Part shown: piece by piece, positions 49,367-58,137 of the stretch
Layout of the letters: every line of letters begins with the position of its first letter
How positions within the stretch are numbered: position 1 is the stretch's first letter
NCBI GenBank assembly: GCA_964595465.1
Contig: CAZQQI010000008.1
Span: 16,561-80,560, forward strand
Reading direction: 5' to 3'
From: an uncultured Planctomycetales bacterium
Lineage (GTDB): Bacteria > Omnitrophota > Gorgyraeia > Zapsychrales > JANLHA01
Length of the DNA: 64,000 nt
Program-made: the position numbers and the translations under genes
Notes under the pieces: model-generated
What the model was told of the DNA's origin: nothing
Seen by the model: the letters and a program-made list of their open reading frames with translations, nothing else
Databases searched by the model: none

Positions 49367-50890
49367 ATGCTTGCCAAGGTCAACAGCTACGGCCTGTGCG
49401 GGATCGAAGCCTATCCGATCACCATTGAAGTCGACATCAGCGGCGGTCTGCCGGGAATGACGGTCGTCGGACTGCCTGACAGCGCGGTCCGGGAAAGCCG
49501 GGACCGGGTGCGATCCGCCATCAAAAACAGCGGATTTGAGTTCAAACCGCGCAGAGTGACCGTCAATCTCTCGCCGGCCGACACCCGCAAAGAAGGCCCC
49601 GCCTTTGACCTGGCCATCGCGCTGGGCTATCTGACAGCCAGCGGACAGATCCCGGGAGATCCTCTGAAAAACGTCATTGTGCTGGGCGAACTTTCCCTGG
49701 ACGGAAATCTTCGCCCGGTTAACGGTGTTCTTCCCGTCGCCCTGAGCCTGGCCGGAAAGAAAAACAGCCGGCTGTTCGTCCCTCTGGCCAATACCGAAGA
49801 AGCTCTGATCAACCCGGATCTTGCTGTCTTTCCGCTCAAAGACCTGAACGACGCGGTCCTTCTGCTCACCCAGGATACCGGCCGAAGCCCGGTCCAAAAC
49901 ACCCCCGCGTCAGACTCAGAGCGGGGAACGACACCGGCACAGGATTTCTGCGAGGTCAAAGGACAATCCGCGGTCAAACGCGGACTGGAAGTCGCGGCCG
50001 CCGGCGCGCATAACTGCATTATGGTCGGCCCGCCGGGCAGCGGAAAAACCATGCTGGCCCGCCGCGTCCCCTCGATCCTGCCGGACCTCACCCATGCCGA
50101 ATCACTGGAGACCACCAAGATCCACTCGATCATGGGCCTGATCCCCCCGGGACGCGGCCTTCTGCAGACCAGACCCTTCCGCAGTCCGCATCACACCTGT
50201 TCAGATATTGCCCTGATCGGCGGAGGGTCCAACCCCAAACCCGGCGAAGCGACACTGGCCCATAACGGCATCCTCTTTCTCGACGAACTGCCCGAATTCA
50301 ACCGCGCAGCGCTCGAAGCTCTGCGCCAGCCCCTGGAAGACCGCCGGGTCACTGTTTCCCGGGTCAAACGCTCGGCCTGCTTCCCGGCGACATTTATGCT
50401 GATCGCATCGATGAACCCCTGCATGTGCGGGTTTCTGACCGACAGCCAGCGGGAATGCCATTGTACCGACGCGCAGATCCAGCGCTACATGAAAAAGATC
50501 TCCGGTCCGCTTATGGACCGCATTGACATTCATCTGGAGGTCCCCGCCCTGAAAACCGATCATCTCTTCACCTCCCCGCCGGCAGAATCATCAGCCGACA
50601 TTAAAAAACGGACCATCGCGGCCCGGACCGTTCAGCAGCAGCGTTTTGAAGGACGGGCGATCTATGCCAACGCGCAAATGGGACCGCAGGACATAAAAAA
50701 CCACTGCATAATCAACCGGGAAAGCCGCCTGCTCTTAAAAAAAGCCATTGAAGAATTAGGACTATCCGCCCGCGCCCATGACAAGATCCTTAAAGTCGCG
50801 CGCACCATCGCCGACCTCGCCGGAAACGAAGACATCGAAACCGTTGATCTGGCCGAAGCTGTTCAGTACCGCTGTTTGGATCGAACGTAA
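49367..50890 (+). CDS. comM: ComM/YifB Mg-chelatase-like AAA+ ATPase
   Basis: VGLPD, NLSPAD, GELSLDG, GPPGSGKT, FRSPHH, LFLDELPEF, KISGPLMDRID, VARTIADL. Confidence 0.95.
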   Translation: MLAKVNSYGLCGIEAYPITIEVDISGGLPGMTVVGLPDSAVRESRDRVRSAIKNSGFEFKPRRVTVNLSPADTRKEGPAFDLAIALGYLTASGQIPGDPLKNVIVLGELSLDGNLRPVNGVLPVALSLAGKKNSRLFVPLANTEEALINPDLAVFPLKDLNDAVLLLTQDTGRSPVQNTPASDSERGTTPAQDFCEVKGQSAVKRGLEVAAAGAHNCIMVGPPGSGKTMLARRVPSILPDLTHAESLETTKIHSIMGLIPPGRGLLQTRPFRSPHHTCSDIALIGGGSNPKPGEATLAHNGILFLDELPEFNRAALEALRQPLEDRRVTVSRVKRSACFPATFMLIASMNPCMCGFLTDSQRECHCTDAQIQRYMKKISGPLMDRIDIHLEVPALKTDHLFTSPPAESSADIKKRTIAARTVQQQRFEGRAIYANAQMGPQDIKNHCIINRESRLLLKKAIEELGLSARAHDKILKVARTIADLAGNEDIETVDLAEAVQYRCLDRT

Positions 50891-50906
50891 ATAGAAAGGG
50901 ACGTCC

Positions 50907-51425
50907 ATGTCAAAAACAAATCGCGTTTTACCAGAAGAAATTGTCCAAAATAAAATATTCATCATCCGAAATAAAAAGGTCATGATTGATAGTGACCTAG
51001 CAATGCTGTACGGAGTAGAAACAAAAAATCTCAATAAAGCCGTCAAACGCAACATTGAACGTTTTCCTGAAGATTTCATGTTCCAACTCACGAAAAAAGA
51101 AACTCATGCTTTGAGGTTCCAAATTGGAACCTCAAAAACAGGTTCCGGCGGACGCCGTTATTTACCCTATGTCTTTACCCAAGAAGGTGTTGCAATGTTG
51201 TCGAGCGTCTTAAATAGCGATCGGGCCATCCATGTTAACATTCAAATCATGCGGGCATTTGTAAAATTGCGGGAATTGATGACCAGCCACACGGAATTAC
51301 GGAATAAAATTGAAGATATGGAGAAAAAATATGATTATCAGTTCAAAATCGTTTTCGATGCCATCAAGCGCCTGCTCGAACCGCCGGCAAAACCGGAAAA
51401 ACCAATAGGCTTTCATAGGAAATAA
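50907..51425 (+). CDS. ORF6N domain-containing DNA-binding protein
   Basis: KVMIDSDLAMLYGVETKNLNKAVKRNIERFPEDFMFQL, PYVFTQEGVAMLSSVLNS, IMRAFV, C-terminal IGF; visibly AT-richer than its neighbours. Confidence 0.92.
   Translation: MSKTNRVLPEEIVQNKIFIIRNKKVMIDSDLAMLYGVETKNLNKAVKRNIERFPEDFMFQLTKKETHALRFQIGTSKTGSGGRRYLPYVFTQEGVAMLSSVLNSDRAIHVNIQIMRAFVKLRELMTSHTELRNKIEDMEKKYDYQFKIVFDAIKRLLEPPAKPEKPIGFHRK
51110..51136. repeat. Perfect 13-bp inverted repeat inside the ORF6N coding sequence
   Basis: tttgaggttccaa-a-ttggaacctcaaa. Confidence 0.9.
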
Positions 51426-51429
51426 ATTT

Positions 51430-51458
51430 TAGCGCTGCAAATGAAACGCGCAGCGCTA
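51430..51458. terminator. Hairpin after the ORF6N gene (possible terminator)
   Basis: tagcgctgc-11 nt-gcagcgcta; no clear U-tract on the plus strand. Confidence 0.45.
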
Positions 51459-51583
51459 TTGCCTTCAATCTCAATTCATCAATTACGCCTCTGCATATTC
51501 TTTCACAAATTCAGCGCTAAAAACCCCGGCGAACAAAACCCCGCATTCCCCCTCCAAAGCAATCCCTGCGGACAAATGACCAT

Positions 51584-51621
51584 CAGTCGCTACATTGCTA
51601 CTGGTAGCAATGTAGCGACTG
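51584..51621. repeat. Perfect 18-bp inverted repeat
   Basis: cagtcgctacattgctac-tg-gtagcaatgtagcgactg. Confidence 0.9.
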
Positions 51622-51725
51622 GGCTCACCCAACAGACCCCGATCCTGACAAAACACCCCCGCCGCCGACACCCTACCAGCCTCATCTCCAGCCATTAACT
51701 ACGTAATAGTTACGTAATTAACGCC

Positions 51726-51890
51726 AAAAAATGGTGTCGGATCTCATAAGTTGTTTTTCTCCAACACCTTACAGTTAATTCAAAAACAGCCAGGCTTTAA
51801 TCGGAAATACAGCAGAGAATCCTATCGGGGAATTCCGTCTTCGGTGCGGGTCTGATGCTCTCTGTCCCCGCTCGGCGTCTGACCCCTTCT
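51726..51890. mobile_element. ~165-bp non-coding element, copy 1 (MITE/REP-like; right end degenerate)
   Basis: Left end aaaaaatggtgtcggatctca matches each end of copy 2 at 20/21; weak colinear similarity for ~95 bp; degenerate right end tctgaccccttct at 51878-90. Confidence 0.5.
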
Positions 51891-51937
51891 CTGCCAATGC
51901 CCCCCTAATGGCTGACGTTTGCGCGGCATTTCTGTCA

Positions 51938-52423
51938 TTATCTGAATCTTTTATCAGAACGTTTTTTACTGATTTCTTGATCACTGGCCTGCATCCAGCC
52001 GGAAACACTGTTTTGGACGGTATCAAATTTTTCTATGTATGGTTTAATATCCAGCAGCGGCGTTCCATCAAGGACGTCAATTCCCTTTACAAAAACTTTA
52101 TGGCCTTCAACTCCTGTCAAACGAACAACAGATATTCCAATATGATTGGGACGAAGCGGCGATCGTGTCGCAAACACCCCTCTTGTCTGTTCGTCCATAA
52201 AGGGAGTGACCAGCATCTCGGTCCGCTTTGCTTTATGAAAACTGTACAAAAGGTATACGTGACTGAAACCATCAAGGTCCCGCAATCCGTCAATATATTT
52301 TTCATCCAGTATCACTTGCCCGGCGACCTCTGCCGCGCCTTTAGGTTGAATAGGCATATCTTCAATGGATTTAAAAGGCGAATAGATTGTTCCGATCGGA
52401 TTGATTTCATGCATAATTTTCAT
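51938..52423 (-). CDS. trmO: tRNA m6t6A37 methyltransferase TrmO (TsaA/YaeB)
   Basis: PIGTIYSPF, GLRDLDGFSH, GVFATRSPLRPNHIG, DVLDGTPLLDIKPY. Confidence 0.95.
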   Translation of the reverse strand: MKIMHEINPIGTIYSPFKSIEDMPIQPKGAAEVAGQVILDEKYIDGLRDLDGFSHVYLLYSFHKAKRTEMLVTPFMDEQTRGVFATRSPLRPNHIGISVVRLTGVEGHKVFVKGIDVLDGTPLLDIKPYIEKFDTVQNSVSGWMQASDQEISKKRSDKRFR

Positions 52424-52581
52424 CCTTTTCTCCGCGAATCCTTCCCTTAAACCGCTATTACGATCAAGATCAACCTTACCAAAAGCCGCTCCGGAAGGCC
52501 AGGCGCACCGGGGCTGTACGGCAAAGACCGCCCAGCCATCCGCGGCCCGCACACCGGTCTTGAATAATGACCACCCCCTCA

Positions 52582-53322
52582 TCACCCGCGGCGGCGGCGC
52601 TTTTCCAGACAAGACGCGATCACAATTCCAAGTTCATACAGGAGCATCATCGGCAGGGAAAAGATCAAAAGGTTGATCACATCCTGAGTGGGGGTGATGA
52701 CCGCGGCAACGATCAGAATGATCAGGATAGCAAAACGCCGGTTCTTTTTTAACACCGCCGGCGTAACCAGCCCGATGTCAGCCAGCAGCCCGATAATGAT
52801 CGGGATCTCAAAGACCGCTCCGCCGGCCATCATCAGCATGCCGAAAAACGAGATATATTTATTAACCGTGATGTTGGCGGCGGCGATATTCTCGCCGAAA
52901 CCGATCAAAAACTTCAGCGCGGCGGGGAGCGCCACATAATAAGAGAACAGGAGGCCGCCGACAAAAAAGACCAGCGCCATGCTGATCCAGAGAATGACCG
53001 TCTTGTGTTTTTCCCGCTCAACGGCCGGGGACACAAAGGCCCAGAGGTGATAAAGCATGAACGGAAAACTTAAGATAAACCCGGACAAGACCGCCGTCTT
53101 GATGTAGGCGGAAAAGGCCTCTCCCGGAGAGATAAATATCAGCTGTTCGATCAGGCCCTGCGCCGGGCGGCGGGCGATACGGATCAGATCATGGCCTCTG
53201 GAAAAAGCCAGAACAACAAAGACAGCCAGCGTCGACAGGTACAGCAGAATACGCTTGCGGAGTTCGGCAAGATGACCCACAACACTCAAATGGTCGGCAT
53301 CCTCGGGGTGGGGTTCAGCCAT
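52582..53322 (-). CDS. tatC: Twin-arginine translocase TatC
   Basis: HLAELRKR, LWAFVSPA, FEIP, AAVITP...LLYE. Confidence 0.95.
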   Translation of the reverse strand: MAEPHPEDADHLSVVGHLAELRKRILLYLSTLAVFVVLAFSRGHDLIRIARRPAQGLIEQLIFISPGEAFSAYIKTAVLSGFILSFPFMLYHLWAFVSPAVEREKHKTVILWISMALVFFVGGLLFSYYVALPAALKFLIGFGENIAAANITVNKYISFFGMLMMAGGAVFEIPIIIGLLADIGLVTPAVLKKNRRFAILIILIVAAVITPTQDVINLLIFSLPMMLLYELGIVIASCLEKRRRRG

Positions 53323-53503
53323 CGGGCTGGTCATCCTTGCGGCCATCTTCATCCTTATGATGAGACAGATTGTCCATCCCGCTTTTAAATTCCCTAACCG
53401 CCTTTCCCAGCGCCCGGCCGATACCGGGGAGTTTTTCAGCGCCGAACAGCAAAAGAGCGATCAGCAAAATCAACAGGATTTCGGGCATTCCTAATCCGAA
53501 CAT
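53315..53503 (-). CDS. tatA: Twin-arginine translocase TatA
   Basis: MFGLGMPEILLILLIALLLFGAEKLPGIGRALGKAVREFK. Confidence 0.93.
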   Translation of the reverse strand: MFGLGMPEILLILLIALLLFGAEKLPGIGRALGKAVREFKSGMDNLSHHKDEDGRKDDQPDG

Positions 53504-53552
53504 CTTCCCTCCCAGGCTCTTTCTTAACGAAGAAGCATTATTAGGGCACACC

Positions 53553-53945
53553 TCATTCTTGCGCCGGGGCTGCTTTCAGCAATTCTTCGATCTTGGCCAG
53601 CAATTCATCCACCTCAAACGGCTTGGTAAAATACGCTTCAGGCCTCACTTTATCATCGAAAATATTATCCGCGTAACCGTCACGGGCGGTCAGCATAATG
53701 ATAGGAATATTCTGATATTCAGGATTACTTTTCAGCATACTGCAGATGGTAAACCCGTTCAGGACCGGCAGGTTCAGGTCCAGTATGATCAGATCCGGAG
53801 AATCATTTTGGGCCGTATGCAGGCCGGCCTCCCCATCATGGGCCGAGAGCACATCATAGCCATGCTGTTTTAAACGATAACCCAGCAGACTAACGATGTC
53901 GTGATCATCCTCAATGATTAAGATCCGTTTTGCCATTTTCATCAC
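53553..53945 (-). CDS. Single-domain response regulator (receiver only)
   Basis: LIIEDD, DLIILDLNLP, MLTAR, TKPF. Confidence 0.93.
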   Translation of the reverse strand: MMKMAKRILIIEDDHDIVSLLGYRLKQHGYDVLSAHDGEAGLHTAQNDSPDLIILDLNLPVLNGFTICSMLKSNPEYQNIPIIMLTARDGYADNIFDDKVRPEAYFTKPFEVDELLAKIEELLKAAPAQE

Positions 53946-53947
53946 CT

Positions 53948-55372
53948 TTATTCCTGAACGCCGGGAACACGCTTTACCCCTTCATCATCAACCGATTCCA
54001 GATGCTCATCAAGCTGCTGAATAGTCACATCTCTTTCCTCGACCATCTCCTGAACCTCGGCCAGCTGTTCTTCGGTGTCCTTCAGCTGACCTTCCAAGAT
54101 CGCGTAATCCGCTTTCACCTCATCAAGAGCCTGTTCTTTTTGTGTCATTAATGCCGAGACACGCTCCAGCTCCTGTTCCAGTTCATTGATCAGAGCGACC
54201 TGCTCGGGGGTCTGATTCTCTTTAATATCCCGAAGCTGATCCCGGGTTGTAATAAGACGGGCCTTAAGGTCCGTAATCAGCTCGTCCTGGCGTTTAACAT
54301 GTTTGATCAAAAGCGTATTCCGTTCGCGGTCGTCCCGACGGCCGCTTGCCAGACGATAGGTCTCATCGCGCTTCATTCCAGCCAATGTCTTCTGCATAAG
54401 GCCGAACTGATCATCCAGGTCGCGGTACGCCTCGCGCAGACGGCGCAGACTTTGGTTCGCCGCCAAAAGACGGGCTTCCTGCAGACTGGCCTGACGTTCG
54501 GCCGCGGCCGCGCGGAATTGCGCCAGCTGAAGTTCAGCCTCTTTGCGGTCCATCTCCCGCTTAACATCCTGCATTTGCTGATACTGCTTGTCTTCCAGAT
54601 CGAATAAACGGCGGTCCAGCGCGTCCTTATCCTCCTCGAGCGCCGTAAGCTTGGAACTGTAGGCCATCTCCTGCTCACGCAGTTCCTTCTGCTGTTCGTT
54701 CAGATCCTTCTGCATCTGCGCGATCTCCTGCTCCTTCTCGTCGATCTCCCGGGTCGCTGTCAATGTGTCTTTACGGGTCTGATAAAATCCGCTTTTAATA
54801 TCCACCAGTTCCTGCCGGGCAGCCTGATGTTTGCGGCTCAATTCTTCGACAATAGACTGCTGTTCTTCCAGGTTCGCCAGAGCCTCTCTCTGCCATCCCG
54901 CCATCTCCTCGATCTCGCTGTTTTTCTGATCAATAATGCTCTGCGCGATCTCTTTCTGTTTCTGCAAGGTTCCCGTATAGACATCCTGCTGTTTATTCAC
55001 AACATCCTTCAGCGAAAGATTGCTCTGATACAGGTCTGTGACCGCATCCTGATAATTCTGCACGTCGCGGCTCAGGACCGTGATCCGTCCCAAAGGTCCT
55101 CCCGGTTTGCCGTAAACTCCGCCGTCCACCCCCATCTTCTTTAAATATTTGAGCGCTTCGGCATTATCCTCATCCATTAAGAGAGCCTTGCTGAGCTCAT
55201 GGATCGCCGCATCATACTCTCCGGCCTCATAATGCTCCCGCCCGACCCTGATCAGCTCATTCTGCACCAGACTGCGCTCTGCCCGGGCCGGAAAAGGCGC
55301 TGATATCTGCCAAAGACCCGTAAATAATAAAGAAAAAACCAGAACCAACACCACTTTTTTTATGTCCATCAA
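53948..55372 (-). CDS. Exported TPR plus long coiled-coil protein
   Basis: Signal peptide ending ARA, one TPR (GEYDAAIHELSKALLMD), about 370 aa of heptads. Confidence 0.8.
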   Translation of the reverse strand: MMDIKKVVLVLVFSLLFTGLWQISAPFPARAERSLVQNELIRVGREHYEAGEYDAAIHELSKALLMDEDNAEALKYLKKMGVDGGVYGKPGGPLGRITVLSRDVQNYQDAVTDLYQSNLSLKDVVNKQQDVYTGTLQKQKEIAQSIIDQKNSEIEEMAGWQREALANLEEQQSIVEELSRKHQAARQELVDIKSGFYQTRKDTLTATREIDEKEQEIAQMQKDLNEQQKELREQEMAYSSKLTALEEDKDALDRRLFDLEDKQYQQMQDVKREMDRKEAELQLAQFRAAAAERQASLQEARLLAANQSLRRLREAYRDLDDQFGLMQKTLAGMKRDETYRLASGRRDDRERNTLLIKHVKRQDELITDLKARLITTRDQLRDIKENQTPEQVALINELEQELERVSALMTQKEQALDEVKADYAILEGQLKDTEEQLAEVQEMVEERDVTIQQLDEHLESVDDEGVKRVPGVQE

Positions 55373-55407
55373 AAATCCTTGCGAGGTAAGTTTATATGTG
55401 TAAATGG

Positions 55408-55437
55408 ATTATATCACTGCGCGGCTCGGCGTGTCAA
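55408..55437 (-). promoter_or_regulatory. Consensus sigma70 promoter TTGACA-18-TATAAT (extended -10)
   Basis: tgtcaa at 55432-37 and attata at 55408-13 on the plus strand. Confidence 0.75.
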
Positions 55438-55563
55438 TAAACCCCCCTGCTTTCTCCCGGCGTGCTCTCGGTCTATTTAAAAATATAATAAAATATGGTA
55501 ATATGGGGCATCCCGGAGAAGCGGACAAATCATAAAAAATATATTATCACAAAATCGATATCC

Positions 55564-58137
55564 ATGCCCACAACAGCCCCAACCCCCATGCTCAGACAGT
55601 ACCGGCAGATCAAGGACCGGCACCGCGACTGCATCCTCTTCTTCCGTTTGGGAGATTTCTATGAAATGTTCTATGATGACGCGGCCGTGGCCAGCAAGAT
55701 CCTGGACCTGGTCCTGACCTCCCGCGGAAAGGGTACGGCCAATCAGGTCCCCATGTGCGGCATTCCCTATCATTCCGCAGATAATTATATTGCCAAACTC
55801 ATTAAAGCCGGACAGAAAGTCGCGATCTGCGAACAGGTTGAAGACCCTGCCGCGGCCAAAGGCATCGTCAAACGCGATGTGATCCGCACGATCACCTCGG
55901 GCACCTTCCTGGACGACCATTCCTCGGATGCCCGCTATATCCTCTGCCTGTCTCCGGGCCCCAAAGAAACCGGCCTGGCCTTTATCGATCCGGCAGCCGG
56001 AACAATACAGACCAACGTCTATCATTCCCTCAGCCGCTGTGCCGAAATCCTCGCGCGTCTGCCGGTATGCGAATGCGTCTATCCTTTAAAAGACGAAGAA
56101 GCCGTCAACAAGCTGCGCAACCACCCTCTTCTACGCACCCGCACGATCACCTTCAGTCCGCATGAAGACTGGTGCTTCAGCCGGGATATCGCGCATAAAG
56201 CCTTGTGCGAACACTTTAACCTGCCCAATCTGCGGGGCTTCGGTATTGAAGATCTCGACACAGCCGTCTCCAGCGCCGGGGCCCTGCTGGAATATCTCAA
56301 ACAGATGAACCGCCAGCCCCTGCGCCACATTGACCGGGTCCGTCTGTATTCCGATAACTCCTACGCTTACATCTCACCGGCGGCGGTCTACGGGCTGGAG
56401 CTTAACACCTTATTCCGGACGATCAATCTGACCCGCTCGCCGCTGGGCAAACGCAAACTGCACTACTGGCTGTTTCATCCGCTGAAAGATCCGGGGAAAA
56501 TTCAACAACGCCAGGATGCCGTGACTTTGCTGAAAAACCAGCCCGCCTGCCGGGACCGGCTCAAAGATCTTCTGGGCTCCATGCCGGACGCGGAAAAAAA
56601 TATCTCCAAACTTTCCTGCGGCTATGTCCATGCCAGAGACATCCTGTCCGTACGCAACGCCCTGTGCCTGCTTCCGTCTTTGAGAGAGACCCTGGCTGAC
56701 GCAGCCAAAACACATGTTCTTTTTCAGGTCCCGGACCTTCCGGACCTGCGCACATCTCTGGAACGCGCGGTCAACCCGGATATGCCGTTAAGCAAATACG
56801 AAGGCAAGGTCATCCGGCGGGGATATCATGATGAGCTCGATCAGCTGAGAGATATTCAGGAAAACGGCCGGCAATGGCTGAAAAGTTTTCAGGAACGGGA
56901 GGCCCAGCGCACCGGGATCCATTCGCTCAAGGTCGGATTCAACAAAGTCTTCGGGTATTACATTGAAGTGACCAGGGCCAACCTCGCCTCGGTTCCCGAC
57001 GACTATATCCGCAAACAGACCCTGGTCAACGCCGAACGCTTCATCACCCAGGAACTCAAAGATTATGAAGACAGGATCCTCACGGCTCAGGACAAGATCC
57101 TCAAGATCGAAGATGATCTGATCCGTGATCTGCAGAACCAGATCCTGTCGTTTTCAGCGGATCTGCACAAAGTCTGCAACGCTGTCGCCCGCGTCGACGC
57201 TCTCTACTCACTGGCCGCACTGGCTCTGCGCCCGGGCTATACCGCCCCGCAATTGAACACAGATATGGCCATTGACATCCGCGAAGGACGCCACCCGGTT
57301 GTCGAAGCGGCACTGGACCACGCCTTTGTCCCCAACGATACCTATCTTGACCACAGCAGCGATCATCTGCTGATATTGACCGGGCCGAATATGGCCGGAA
57401 AATCAACCTATATCCGCCAGATCGCTCTCCTGATCATTCTGGCACAAATGGGAAGCTATATCCCGGCCGCAAGCGCCGTCATCGGAACAGTTGATAAGAT
57501 CTTTACCCGTATCGGAGCTCATGACGATATCACCAAAGGGCAGAGCACCTTTATGGTGGAAATGAACGAAATGGCCGATATTCTGAACAATCTCTCCGAG
57601 CGCAGTCTGGTGATCCTGGACGAGATCGGCCGCGGCACCAGCACCTATGACGGGCTCAGCCTGGCCTGGGCCATTGCCGAATATCTCCAGCGCACAAAAA
57701 CCCGCGCCTTGTTCGCCACGCATTTTCATGAACTGACCGCCCTGGCCGACGATTTCCCCGGCGTAAAAAATTACAATGTCGCGGTCAAAGAATGGGAAGA
57801 CGAAGTGATCTTTCTGCACAAGATCATTCCGGGAAGTACTGACGACAGCTACGGGATCTATGTCGCGAAACTGGCCGGGGTCCCTCATGACGTGATCGGC
57901 CGGGCGCGCACCATCCTCGGCCGGCTTGAACTGAAACAGGATATGAAGACGACACTGGCCTCATCACAGGAACTGACCGAACAGCAGATCGAATTCTTTC
58001 AGTCAGCCGCGGACCCGGTCCTGGAAGAACTCCGTCGGGAGATCCGGGAACTCGACCTGAACAGCATGACCCCGATCGAGGCCCTGGCCGCGCTGGACAA
58101 ATTAAAGCGGACGGCGAACCAAAGGCCGAAAACATGA
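55564..58137 (+). CDS. mutS: DNA mismatch repair protein MutS
   Basis: TPMLRQY, FFRLGDFYEMF, TGPNMAGKST, STFMVEM, DEIGRGTST, ATHFHEL. Confidence 0.98.
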   Translation: MPTTAPTPMLRQYRQIKDRHRDCILFFRLGDFYEMFYDDAAVASKILDLVLTSRGKGTANQVPMCGIPYHSADNYIAKLIKAGQKVAICEQVEDPAAAKGIVKRDVIRTITSGTFLDDHSSDARYILCLSPGPKETGLAFIDPAAGTIQTNVYHSLSRCAEILARLPVCECVYPLKDEEAVNKLRNHPLLRTRTITFSPHEDWCFSRDIAHKALCEHFNLPNLRGFGIEDLDTAVSSAGALLEYLKQMNRQPLRHIDRVRLYSDNSYAYISPAAVYGLELNTLFRTINLTRSPLGKRKLHYWLFHPLKDPGKIQQRQDAVTLLKNQPACRDRLKDLLGSMPDAEKNISKLSCGYVHARDILSVRNALCLLPSLRETLADAAKTHVLFQVPDLPDLRTSLERAVNPDMPLSKYEGKVIRRGYHDELDQLRDIQENGRQWLKSFQEREAQRTGIHSLKVGFNKVFGYYIEVTRANLASVPDDYIRKQTLVNAERFITQELKDYEDRILTAQDKILKIEDDLIRDLQNQILSFSADLHKVCNAVARVDALYSLAALALRPGYTAPQLNTDMAIDIREGRHPVVEAALDHAFVPNDTYLDHSSDHLLILTGPNMAGKSTYIRQIALLIILAQMGSYIPAASAVIGTVDKIFTRIGAHDDITKGQSTFMVEMNEMADILNNLSERSLVILDEIGRGTSTYDGLSLAWAIAEYLQRTKTRALFATHFHELTALADDFPGVKNYNVAVKEWEDEVIFLHKIIPGSTDDSYGIYVAKLAGVPHDVIGRARTILGRLELKQDMKTTLASSQELTEQQIEFFQSAADPVLEELRREIRELDLNSMTPIEALAALDKLKRTANQRPKT

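Noticed and set aside
51441-52026. Short ORFs in the ORF6N-trmO gap (51441..51698, 51483..51695, 51775..52026)
   Set aside because: No SD or recognisable motif; the similar peptides on both strands arise from the palindrome
52424-52612. N-terminal extension of trmO, or a riboswitch in the tatC-trmO gap
   Set aside because: The family match and SD begin at 52423; no recognisable aptamer
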